From Chiloscyllium plagiosum (taxonomy: Eukaryota), in contig NC_057720.1 in NCBI RefSeq assembly GCF_004010195.1, positions 20,823,677 to 20,887,676 of the forward strand: a stretch of DNA of 64,000 bases, in the 5' to 3' direction. The position numbers and the translations under genes are program-made. Below are positions 39,820 to 51,283 of the stretch, in pieces. The first letter of the stretch is position 1. Every line of letters starts with the position of its first letter. The notes beneath the pieces are model-generated. The model worked only from the letters and a program-made list of their open reading frames with translations, made no database searches and had not been told where the DNA came from.

Positions 39820-40870
39820 TACACATACACATTAGGAGGAGAAGTAGACCAATTGGCCCTTTAAGCCTGATCTGCCATTCAGTAGAATTTTGGCTGATCT
39901 GTGTTACCAATTCCATAACCTCCTCTATCCCCAATCAACCTAAACTTGCTTAAGTATCTCTGTCAAACTTAAAACATGTTCAGTGCTGCTGTCTCCACTA
40001 TCTACTGATGCAGAGTTCCAAAGTTTCACAATTCTGAGAGAAAGATTTCCCTCAGTTCTGTTCTAATGGAGCAACACCTAATTTTAAAACATTGTCCCCT
40101 TGTCAGGACTCATTCACAAAGGAAACATCCATTCCACATCCATTCTGTCAGGACTATTCAGAATCTAACACGACAAGATTAGAATGGTGCAGGAAAAGAA
40201 CAGCAGGTCAGGCAGCATCCAAGGAGCAGGGAAATCAATGTTTCGGGCAAAAGCCCTTCATATTCCTGATGGAGGGCTTTTACCTAAAAATATCGATTTT
40301 CCTTCTCCTCAGATGCTGCCCGACCTGCTGTGCTTTTCCAGCACTACTCTAATCTTGACTCTGATCTCCAGCATCTGCAGTCCTCACTTTTGCCTAGGAT
40401 CTAACACATCAGTCAAATCTCCCCTCACTATTCTGAACTCTAGTGAAAACAAGTTCAGCCTGTCTGCTTTTCCCTCATAGCAGATTCCATTCATTTAAGA
40501 CACCAACTCAGTAAACCATCTCTGACCTGCCTCCAATATATTTACATCCTTCCAGAAATATGGAGATAAAAACTGCATGCAGGATGAGATATAGTCTCAC
40601 CAATGTGCAAAACTGAAGCATAACATTGTTACTTTTATGTCCAGTTCTTCTCGTAATAAAGGGTAGCATGCCATCAGATTTCCCAAACACATGCTGTTCC
40701 AGCGTTTTCTGAATAACGCACTAAAACATCAAAATCTCTCAGCACTTCAGAATTCTGCAGTCCCTGTCCTTTAATACTCTCCTTTTTTTCAGTCTTCCTG
40801 CCAAAATGAACAACTTCACATCTTCCTACATTATACTCTGTCAAATCTTTGTCCAGTCATTCAATCTATA
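39820..40870 (-). mobile_element. Old CR1 LINE fragment hosting the 40172 PLE fold-back
   Basis: GMLPFITRR...NVMLQFCTLVRLYL, with the 3' UTR at the left end. Confidence 0.7.
40172..40398. mobile_element. PLE family B fold-back
   Basis: Inverted arms meet at cttcat|attcctgatg. Direct repeat atctaacac at 40163 and 40399. Confidence 0.85.
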
Positions 40871-41596
40871 GTTGGGCGCTACCGATATGTTTCTTAGTAT
40901 TTTACACTGCGTGTAGCTCCTGGAGGCTATTCTGGGTTTTTCTTCACCAGCAGTACTATACAACCGGTCAATCTGCTGTCTGGTGTGGATGAAAATTGTT
41001 GACATGCTTTCCATTTGCATGTGCTCATTGACTTCTCATTTTCAGCCCACCTTACTGGTTAACAGCAATGTAAAAGAGAGTGTCAATGTGCAGGCTGTCA
41101 CTAATGGGGTGCTACAAAGATTAGTGCCAGGTCCTCATCTATTTACGATTCATATCAAGAACTTGGATGAGGGAGTGGGATATATGGGTCTGCGGGCCAT
41201 CTCCAGCTGTGGTTGGAGAACATGATATCCCATTGCTCTGTGACGTTGGGACAGATAGGCACAGATTAGTGACGGTGTAACCCTCTGCAGTCCATTTGCT
41301 TCAATGGGTGTGGTTAGCAAGTGGACAGAATCCACCCTGCAATATTTCCTTCAGGGTCAATTAGTCATTCTTGGCGTTGTTAACCTGATCCTGCTCAAGC
41401 CAGTTCACCTCCAGAAGTGACAGAATGAATTTGAAGTAGGAATGGAGATTCTTATAGATGTAGAGGCCAGAGCTTTGGTGTCCATTCACCAGACAAACAA
41501 ATATGGAGACAGTGCAACGCTTTGATTGCCAAAAACGAATCGTGTCTATTCTCCACGATAGAGGCACAGACCACAAGCCAGAAACCATTCTGAACG

Positions 41597-41765
41597 TGCT
41601 GCTACCACAAACTATTGGTAACAAACAGCTTCTTTCAGAACCAACCATGGCATAAATATTCCTGGAGACATGCAAGATCATCAGCTAGATTGTGCCATCG
41701 CTAGGATGTGACTCTGAACAGTATTCTCACCGTATGCAGTTCCCACTGCCCTGACTCTGACAGAT
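41597..41765 (+). mobile_element. RTE (BovB-like) LINE endonuclease relic
   Basis: CCYHKLLVTNSFFQNQPWHKYSWRHARS / HQLDCAIAR / LNSILTVCSSHCPDSD matches the RTE APE pattern ITNTFF...SWRHPRS.HWHQLD. Confidence 0.7.
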
Positions 41766-44693
41766 CTGGTTCTTGAAGTAGGGCCAATCACAACACTGGA
41801 GCGCACCTAAGCACAAAGCATGAAATATATTCCAGGGGAACAAGGACGATTGGATTAGAGTGGAAAGTGCTAGCTGGAAGGCAGACAAGAATGGAAGCAG
41901 TCATGATCAGCCGCAAGAGCTCTTTAATGATCGAGTTCCTGCACAACAACCCAAGTTGCAGTGTACAAAGCCTCCTCAGTGAGGGAATGTAAAATCAGGG
42001 GCCTGGTCACGTGAAATAAAGAGGGATGTCAGTGGCCACAGACAAAGGTCAGAAAATATTTTGTCGCAAGAAGTCATCATTACAACACTTACGATCCGCA
42101 GTGAATGTGAACGCTTCCAGGCTAATTCAAAAAGGCAGAATTAATAGATTAATGGTGGATAGAAACGTTAGCTTTTTCCATTCGTTTGGCTACAATTGCC
42201 ATCAGGAATGTGGGCCAGTGCACTTGTACTGAATCACTTCAGTCAGCTCAGCATTTTAGCCTTCAATGTACCTAGTGCCATATTATTATATATTGCACAG
42301 AAAGCTAATGCAGCTTTTAAAAATGGACTAGAATCATACAAGAAATCACATCACTGCTCTTGTTGATTTAATTCAGCCAAAAGCAGGCAGACTGCTCTGT
42401 TACTTTAAGAGTTGAACACAAAAGGTTATGAAGTAATGTGGAGACTCAGAAATGATCAATAGGAGACTGGAAGGGTGTGGCAGTGAATTCCAGTCTAAAT
42501 GACACTGCTTTGTGCAGCAATGACTTCAAAGTTAAAACCAGCAACCATTTTGATTGGCTGTGATTGAAAACTGGCTGAAAGAGCCATTGATTGTGTGGAG
42601 CTCTCAGGAGACTGCGTGATGACAGCTCCATCCACCAGCTCCAGCTGGAGTGTCCATGGCAGTAGGTGAGAGCTGGATTTTGCTCCGATACCAGGAGCTG
42701 CAGAGAACAATGCTGCCCGAAAATCTCTCTCTTCTCTAGAGGAGTCCAATCCAATGATTGTTTTGTCAGCAGAACCAGTAACAAGAACAAACCTTTCCTG
42801 GCTCCAAAAACTGCTCCACCAACTGAGTCTAATAAAAGAAACCTTGGCGAATTCAACTACAGAAGCCATCACAGCTGCTGAAATCTAAATCCATGTTTTC
42901 ACTTCAAGTATCACAACTGCAAATGATCTTACAGACAGATCTTACTTTCATAAGTAACTTTCTTTAACTTTTTGTGTCTGTATTTCAGCTCAGAACTTAC
43001 TATTTTTTTTAAACTTTCAGCAATAGCTGTGCAATAAAGTTAACTTTTACCTTATTTAAAGCACATAACTGTTGTTTTATTTCTTAAATTGAAACACTTC
43101 AAAACGAAAAGCAAGCAATTAAACCAACAGTATAAATCTGCAGTTCATGGACCACTCTGGAGGACATGTCTGGTTGTGACAGGATGAAGCTCATATTAAC
43201 ACCAGACCATGCCCCTGCGAGACTACCTACATGTGAAGCATAACAGTGGTCATGCTTCATAAAGCATTTTCCAAAGTGACCACATTTTAACTGAAAATGA
43301 CCTTTGCAAAGGCAATTAGGGAAAAGCTAAAAATGCTGGATCTTGCCTGCAATGCCCAGATCCCTTGAGTGTACAAAGAAAATTCTTGAGGTTAACATTC
43401 TCTGCAGATGCCAGCAAAAACAAAACAGTAATAAAGCAGCATGGTAACATTTAGTAAGTTAAAGTTCACATATTATAAATCAACATAGAATACTACATCA
43501 TCGCATAAAGAAAAATCTGCACTTGAAACGTTTTATTATCTTATGCACTGACATCGGTCTCAGTCAAACTCTCTACATTCCCTGGTGACGAAAGACTCCG
43601 TGAAACATCGTCCAGCCCAACACATTGTAATCAGTCCCTCTTCCCACCACACCGACTCTCTCTCCAGCCCCATTCCCATAGCAGCCCCACTCCCTGAACC
43701 CCTCACTCATTCTGCAGGCCATTTCCCACTTACTCATTTAGCATCCCCTTGTTCTCACTATCAACTCTCCATCATAGCACCAGCTCCCATCACTGCCCAC
43801 TGAATACTGGAACTCCACCAAGTGACCAGCAGTACCCTCCCAATGAATGAGCTCAGGACATCTCCTTTGAACCTGCGCCTGGTCTCAATATTGAGTGATT
43901 TTCCAGATGTCAAGACCCTCTCCTCTTGGAGTGGGTTGTGTTGGAGGTACCAGCAGGTGAGGGCCATTTAAAAAAAAATTAAGGATGGAATCCCATTATC
44001 CAAAAGTCAGAATTCCACCATGGGGTGGGGGAAGTTTCACATCCTCAGATAAAAATAAGCAAGGCTTACCACATTTCACTCGCTGTATACAATCGATCAA
44101 CTTATCAGACAACTGCTCAACTCTATAAAAGAGTATTTCAACTAAAGCTTTGACATTAATTGTCTGATAAACTGCAGGAGTGGAGGTCTTGTGTTGGAGT
44201 GGGAACAACCCTGCCTCTGAGTTCGATTTCCCATTCCAGTGCTTGATAGTCAAGGAAGGAGTTTTCACAATGCACCCCCCCTCCCCCACCCCCACAAACA
44301 GGTTGAGTATCAATCGGCAACCCCTTTCAACGTGCACCAACACCAGGAATCTCCTGAACACCCATGAGAAGGAAAGAAACCTGGAGCCTCACACATCACA
44401 ATCCATAACTCCGGACTACAACACACACGTCAAAGTTAATATTTCCTCAGCAATGTGAACTCTTATGGGGACGACACAGATGATTGGGTGCCTGACATAG
44501 GTTGGGTTGGTGCCGAGGATATAGGATTTGGGCTGGGGCAAATTTGAGCTGCCCCCTTATCTGACCTCCTGTGGACCTACTGCCTTTTGGCAGAGAACTG
44601 AACGAGAAGCAGAGCAAATATAAAGTGAAAATAGCAGTTTGTATACCCGAAAAAAGGTGGTCTCGGCTTTAACACCAGTTTGGTTGTACATAC

Positions 44694-44816
44694 CATATCA
44701 GGTTTCAGCTGGAACACCAGTGGGATAGAATACAGCAGCGAGTACACTGTAGTTACCACTGAAGATGTCCAGGACTGACAGACCTCACGGCTACGAGGAA
44801 TCCAGTGAATAGTATG
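44694..44816 (-). CDS. ALG14: Internal coding exon (equivalent to exon 3) of ALG14, UDP-GlcNAc transferase subunit
   Basis: Minus strand reads ...cccatttgtctttcAG|CATACTATTCACTGG...CCTGATATG|GTatgt. It is 123 nt, phase 0-0, and translates to HTIHWIPRSREVCQSWTSSVVTTVYSLLYSIPLVFQLKPDM. This matches the conserved ALG14 segment I recall from human (YIHRIPRSREVQQSWPSTVFTT...FPLIHRVKPDL). The neighbouring exons (GGHT... and VLCNGPGTC...) were not found in the window. Confidence 0.93.
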
Positions 44817-45575
44817 CTGAAAGACAAATGGGAGTTGGAAGTCATGCTAAGGAAGATTTTTAGCAGAAGGTATTACCAGGTCCTGCCAGACGAGGCTGAA
44901 CACAATTTACTTCAGTTACTCGGACAAAATTTGCATGAATTCCTGAAACAGACCAGAACGTAGTACTTTCTGGAACATTTTTAACCAATAACATTATCCC
45001 CCTCTCTCCTCAACAACATTTAGCAGGTCCCTTCAGAGAGCTTGCTCCAATTTTACCTTGTTTTCAGTTTCATATGAATCTTCAAAGCTTAGTTCATACT
45101 TTTCAGAACCTCAAGATGCCTCAAAGCCCCTTACAGCCAATTAAATACCTGATTAGTGTAGGAACATGGCGGTCGGTTCATACACAGCAAGATTCCACAG
45201 AAGCAATGGAGGATGACAACACAGTGATAAATATTGCTCAGACCATAGGGAGAACACTTCTTTGAAAATCACTGGGATCTCCTTTGTCTATTTAAGAAGG
45301 TGACACCTATTAAAAGACTTATAGGTACTGATGACATGAACATATGACAGTGCAGGAAAATTGTACCAAGGAAGATAATCAGAACATGATCTAGAATATC
45401 AGAGCAGGTTCAAGGGGCCTGTATATTTGAGAATTCACACTCAAGATTTAGGCAGTGGGTTTTGAACTAGCCTTGAGATTCAGGTGAGAGAGGATGCTAC
45501 TGGAGAACAAGCCAAGTCAGAGCTGACACCAGACAACATATCTCACAGTCTGAGACACTTACTGTGATTTGATTC

Positions 45576-45749
45576 GGAAATACTAGCTTTCGGAGTGCTG
45601 CTCCTTCATCAGGTGGTTAGTCCACAACCACCTGATGAAAGAACAGCGCTCTGAAAGCCAGTGCTTCCAAATAAACCTGTTGGACTATAACTTAGTGTTG
45701 TGTGATTTTTAACTTTGCACACCCCAGTCCATCACCGGCATCTTCAAAT
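45576..45749. mobile_element. PLE family A fold-back with perfect 13-bp target-site duplication
   Basis: TSD tgtgatttgattc at 45563-45575 and 45750-45762. Two back-to-back hammerhead motifs. Confidence 0.9.
45577..45618 (-). ncRNA. Minimal type-I hammerhead motif (family A), ALG14 sense strand
   Basis: Reverse complement reads aaccacCTGATGAaggagcagcactccGAAAgcTAgta. Confidence 0.68.
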
Positions 45750-46577
45750 TGTGATTTGATTCTTATTGTTGATCAGACTTCTGTTAAAATGAAAACTCCT
45801 CCCGTGGCTCAGGCGTGGAGGCACTGTCACTGACTAAGCTGAAGATCCTTTCTCTGTTTGGTAGGTCGATATGACACCTGTGCTCTTGACTTGCTCACTC
45901 AGCTCAGAATTTATTCAATGACCCAGCATTTGCTGCTCTCTTCGATACAGAATTCCAAAGATTCACAATCCTTGGAAGAAATTCCTCATCTCAGCCTTCA
46001 ATGGGAAATCTCTCATTTTTAATCTGAGCCCCATAGTCTGGATTTACTTCCAAGGGAAAACATCTTCCAATATTCATCCTGTCAAGACTCCTCCGAGATC
46101 TGCTAAAATAATCTTGGTGTCTTATAAACTCCAATAAGTTTAGGCCCAACCTATTCAAATATTTCCTCACATAAATAACCTATTCATCCTAGGTATTAGC
46201 CAAGTGAACCTCCTCTGAACTGCATCCAACAAAAACATATCCCTTCTTATGCAAGGAGACCAAAAACATACACTGTACGCCAGATGCAGACCCAAGGTCT
46301 GCACAACTCTTGCAAGGCCTCTAAGAATGTCAGAACTAGGAGCAGGAGACGGTAATTCAGCACACCCTTACCCCGAGCCTGCTCTGCTGTGTGACACAAT
46401 CCTGGCTGATCTCAGCTCTGCCTTAACTCCATTTTCCGTCTCGCTCTCCATAATCCCGCAACATTTTATTAATTAAAAAACATGCCAATTTCCTTAAATT
46501 GACTCAATATTCCTCCAACACTGTGGGACTGAATTCCACAGATTCACGACCCTTTGAGAGAAGTAATTTCTTCTCCT

Positions 46578-48652
46578 AGAGTCATAGAGATGTACAGCAT
46601 GGAAACATACCCTTCGGTCCAACCTATCCATGCCGACCAGATATCCCAACCCAATCTAGTCCCACCTACCAGCACCTGGCCCATATCCCTCCAAACCCTT
46701 CCTATTCATATACCCATCCAAATGCCTCTTAAATGTTGCAATTGTACCAGCCTCCANNNNNNNNNNNNNNNNNNNNNNNNNNNNNNNNNNNNNNNNNNNN
46801 NNNNNNNNNNNNNNNNNNNNNNNNNNNNNNNNNNNNNNNNNNNNNNNNNNNNNNNNNNNNNNNNNNNNNNNNNNNNNNNNNNNNNNNNNNNNNNNNNNNN
46901 NNNNNNNNNNNNNNNNNNNNNNNNNNNNNNNNNNNNNNNNNNNNNNNNNNNNNNNNNNNNNNNNNNNNNNNNNNNNNNNNNNNNNNNNNNNNNNNNNNNN
47001 NNNNNNNNNNNNNNNNNNNNNNNNNNNNNNNNNNNNNNNNNNNNNNNNNNNNNNNNNNNNNNNNNNNNNNNNNNNNNNNNNNNNNNNNNNNNNNNNNNNN
47101 NNNNNNNNNNNNNNNNNNNNNNNNNNNNNNNNNNNNNNNNNNNNNNNNNNNNNNNNNNNNNNNNNNNNNNNNNNNNNNNNNNNNNNNNNNNNNNNNNNNN
47201 NNNNNNNNNNNNNNNNNNNNNNNNNNNNNNNNNNNNNNNNNNNNNNNNNNNNNNNNNNNNNNNNNNNNNNNNNNNNNNNNNNNNNNNNNNNNNNNNNNNN
47301 NNNNNNNNNNNNNNNNNNNNNNNNNNNNNNNNNNNNNNNNNNNNNNNNNNNNNNNNNNNNNNNNNNNNNNNNNNNNNNNNNNNNNNNNNNNNNNNNNNNN
47401 NNNNNNNNNNNNNNNNNNNNNNNNNNNNNNNNNNNNNNNNNNNNNNNNNNNNNNNNNNNNNNNNNNNNNNNNNNNNNNNNNNNNNNNNNNNNNNNNNNNN
47501 NNNNNNNNNNNNNNNNNNNNNNNNNNNNNNNNNNNNNNNNNNNNNNNNNNNNNNNNNNNNNNNNNNNNNNNNNNNNNNNNNNNNNNNNNNNNNNNNNNNN
47601 NNNNNNNNNNNNNNNNNNNNNNNNNNNNNNNNNNNNNNNNNGACTATCCCTAATCAGTCCTTGCCTTTCCAAATACATGTACATCCTGTCCCTCAGGATT
47701 CCCTCCAACAACTTGCCCACCACCGAGGTCAGGTTCACTGGTCTATAGTTCCCTGGCTTGTCCTTACCACCCTTCTTAAACAGTGGCACCACGTTTGCCA
47801 ACCTCCAGTCTTCCAGCATCTCACCTGTGACTATCGATGATACAAATATCTCAACAAGAGGGCCAGCAATCACTTCTCTAGCTTCCCACAGATTTCTCGG
47901 GTACACCTGATCAGGTCCTGGGGTTTTATCCACCTTTAACTGTTTCAAGACATCCAGCAATTCCTCCTCTAATCTGGACATTTTGCAAGATGTCACCATC
48001 TAATTCCCTACAGTCTATATCTTCCATATCCTTTTCCACAGCAAATACTGATGCAAAATATTCATTTAGTATCTCCCCCATTTTCTGTGGCTCCACACAA
48101 AGGCCGCCTTGTTGATCTCTGAGGGGCCTTATTCTCTCCCTAGTTACCCTTTTGTCCTTGATATATTTGTAAAAACTCTTTAGATTCTCCTTAATTCTAT
48201 TTGCCAAAGCTATCTCATGTCCCCGTTTTGCGTTCCTGATTTCCCTCTTAAGTATACTCCTACTTTCTTTATACTTTTCTAAGGATTCACTCGATCTATC
48301 CTGTCTGTATCTGACATATGCTTCCTTTTTTCTTAACCAAACCCTCAATTTCTTTAGTTATCCAGCATTCCCTATACCTATCAGCCTTCCCTTTCACCCT
48401 GACAGGAATATACTTTCTCTGGATTCTTGCTATCTCATTTCTGAAGACCTCCCATTTTCCAGCCGTCCCTTTACCTGCGAACATCTGCCTCCAATCAGCT
48501 TTTGAAAGTTCTTACCTAATACCATCAAAATTGGCCTTTTTCCAATTTAGAACTTCAATTTTAGATCTGGTCTATCCTTTTCCATCACTATTTTAAAACG
48601 AATAGAATTATGGTTGCTGGCCCCAAAGTGCTCCCCCACTGACACTTCAGTC
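46578..48652 (-). mobile_element. CR1 LINE ORF2 fragment, about 2.1 kb including N gap 46757-47641
   Basis: GEHFGASNHNSIRF, KSFYKYIK, PGPDQVYPRNL and PGNYRPVNLTSVVGKLLE, with the 3' UTR at the left end. Confidence 0.95.
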
Positions 48653-48875
48653 ATCTCGGATTTAAATCTGCTCCCCCTCATCCTAAAGCTATAACCTCTG
48701 GTTCTAGATTGCTCCACAACAGAAAATATCATCTTTATGTTGATTTTCCTTTTATATTCCAACATTCCACCTCCCATCCTATGTATTTGCCATACACGTA
48801 CGCTAACCTTCCATACAAGCATATCCAGTTCCCTCCGTACCATAACATTCTGCAGTATCAATCCTTTTAGACAAT

Positions 48876-49151
48876 CTTAAAAATCACACAACACCAGGTT
48901 ATAGTCCAACAGGTTTATTTGGAAGCACTAGCTTTTGGGGCACTGCTCCTTCACCAGGTAGCTACCAAAATCTAGTGCTTCCAAATAAACCTGTTGGACT
49001 ATAACCTGGTGTTGTGTGATTTTTAAGATTGTCTAAAAGGATTGATACTGCAGAATGGTATGGTATGGAGGGAGCTGGAACTGCTTGCATTGAAGGTGGT
49101 GTTATGAGACTTTCAACTTTGTACACCCAGTCCAACACCAGCACCACTAAA
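48876..49151. mobile_element. PLE family A fold-back containing an inverted copy of flanking DNA
   Basis: TSD cttttagacaat at 48864-48875 and 49152-49163. Segment 49026-49097 is the reverse complement of flank 48806-48877. Confidence 0.85.
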
Positions 49152-50334
49152 CTTTTAGACAATGTTCTACTTTTCTATTCTTCCTACCAAAGTGGACAAT
49201 CTCGCATTTTCCTACATTATACTGCAACTGCAAAATTTCCGCATACTGACAACCTTTCCACATCATTGTGGAGACATTTTGTGTCCTCTGTACAACTTGC
49301 TTTCCTTGCTGTTTTTCCCTCAGCAGCAAATGGGACTTCAATGCATCTGTCCCTTCATTGAAGTCATTGATGTAAATTGTAAGTGGTTGAGACCCCAGCA
49401 CAGGTCTCTGTAGCACTCCCCCCAGTTGTAGTTTATTACCTGTTAACTAGCTGCTCTTTTGTCAACTACTGATCTCAGTTCCAGTTTGAGAAGCGTGTGT
49501 GTGTCTGTGTGCGTCTGTCAGATAAAGGATTTAGCTGTGATGCTCCCTCAATGGTCAAAGAACTGGTTGCAAACTTTTGACTGATAGAGAACAGGCATTG
49601 GGGTGAGTGTAATGCTCGCTGCCATGTTACCCTGATATCCTGCTCCAACATGAATCAGCAGAGAGGAGGGAGATGAATATTACCAGAGATTCATATAGTC
49701 TTATCCCACACAAAGCACTTCTAAAAAGAAAGAACAGTAATAGGAGGAGGATAAAATACAGACTTTCAGGTTTCATTACTGAAAGTCATGGCTAATGTTC
49801 CATTTCAGCATGAGGTTGCCAACTTGGCATCTTCCTGGTGATTTTATCACCCAACCTCCAGCCATGAGTCAGCATTTCTATCCTTGTGGTGCACCGCCTT
49901 CCCACATTAATGGAAAGTAAAATGACCCATGATCCAATTGGATGATGCTCAATTGTTGGTCAACCAACTTTTTTTTCTCCACAGCAACCCCCATTTTCAT
50001 ATCTGGTGAGGAGAAACATTCAAAAGAAAATTATATGTTAAAAAAGTCATTTTTAAAGTCTGTGCGATTTTTCTCCAATAGTGTCTTGGAGATTGACCTT
50101 CAATGCCTGAGATTCCAGGCCAACCTTGGAGGGCTGGAAAAGTTACCCATCTCCAGTTTCTAGCCCATTACCCACCTCTCTCATTTCCTCCACATCCCCT
50201 CACCTACTTAAATCGCCCACCACCATCTCATCCCCACACCCCCACCTTATCTATATCTTTGAGGGATGGCTTACAAATAATAAGGTTGCAAGGCATAATG
50301 TTGACTTTTAAATACAGGACAATAAGGGGAGGGA

Positions 50335-50640
50335 ATGGTCAAGTGGTATTATTGCGAGACTGCTAATGTAAAGACTGTGATAATGTTCTGGGGACCAGTG
50401 GTGGGATTTGAATTCAATAAATATCTGGCATTAAGAATCTAATGATGACCATGAATCCACTGTCAATTGTTGGAAAAACCCATCTGGTTCACTAATGTCC
50501 TTCAGGGAAGGAAACTGCCATCCTTACCTGGTCTGGTCTACACATGACTCCAGACACACAGCAATGTGATTGATACTTAACTGCCCTCTAGGTAATAAAT
50601 GCACCCTAGCCAGTAAGACCCTCATCCCGCAAATGTACAA
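50335..50640 (+). mobile_element. Second SINE family (degenerate tRNA-like head), 3' tail shared with a LINE
   Basis: The tail ggcaataaatgc...gccag...cacatccc-like recurs at about 2660-2715 and 54790-54855, and inverted at about 24915 and 59460. Confidence 0.5.
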
Positions 50641-50986
50641 AAAAAATGTTAACCACATCATGGCTTTCCTTTTACCTTGGTTCCCTTGTTTAACACATAC
50701 TAGTGAGATAATCACTTGTGGTTATTCATTAAAGATGTTACAGAACTGAATGTGGGGAAGGGGGCAGCCTAATGCTTATTCCCAACTCGGAAAGTCCATT
50801 CCCAACACACTAGACGTGTGTGAGACAATCGGATTAACTAAACTGTGCAGCACAGTTGATTCCCTTTAGCAGTTATTCAAATGTAATGCTGTTTCTTACA
50901 GCCTTTTAATTGTTCTGATAGTTTACTCATGCTGTGAATTTGAAGAGTTTTGCAACCTTGGACTCTCACAAGACATGGGTGTTTAA

Positions 50987-51283
50987 TTGAATCCCTACAA
51001 TGTGGAAGCAGGCTACTTGGCTCATCAAGTCCAAACTGACCCACCCAAGAGGATCCCACTCGGACCCCCACCCTATTCCTGTAACCCTGCATTTTCCATG
51101 GCCAGTCTACCTAACCTGCACATCCCTGGACACAATTTAGCATGGCTAATCCATCTGACCTGCAGATCTTTGGACAGTGGGAGGAAACCAGAGCACCCAC
51201 AGGTAACCCACACAGACACAAGGAGAATGTGCAAACTCCACACAGACAGGTCCCTGGCACAGGGAGACAGCAGTGCTAACCAT
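50987..51283 (-). mobile_element. HE1/V-SINE
   Basis: Reverse complement of the SINE consensus seen at 31464. Confidence 0.88.

Noticed and set aside
42425..43181. Possible solo LTR, and ORFs 42446-42881 (similar LTR-like candidates at about 3971-5412 and 25189-26202)
   Set aside because: LTR-like composition and TG/CA-like ends, but no clean TSD, so the boundaries cannot be supported. The ORFs have no recognisable domain.
44577..44693. C-terminal extension of ORF 44577-44759 (VCTTKLV...)
   Set aside because: Read-through past the GT donor at 44693. ALG14 similarity ends at KPDM.
46554..47999. Long ORFs of 300-450 aa here and at 62094-63302 and 22985-23838
   Set aside because: They run through N gaps. 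The real parts are CR1 or PLE sequence.
15277..49151. Recurrent palindromic repeats as a CRISPR array or DNA-transposon MITEs
   Set aside because: They are dispersed with no spacers and lie in vertebrate DNA. The arms are asymmetric and match the 3' tail of the Penelope RT element at 26220-27918.
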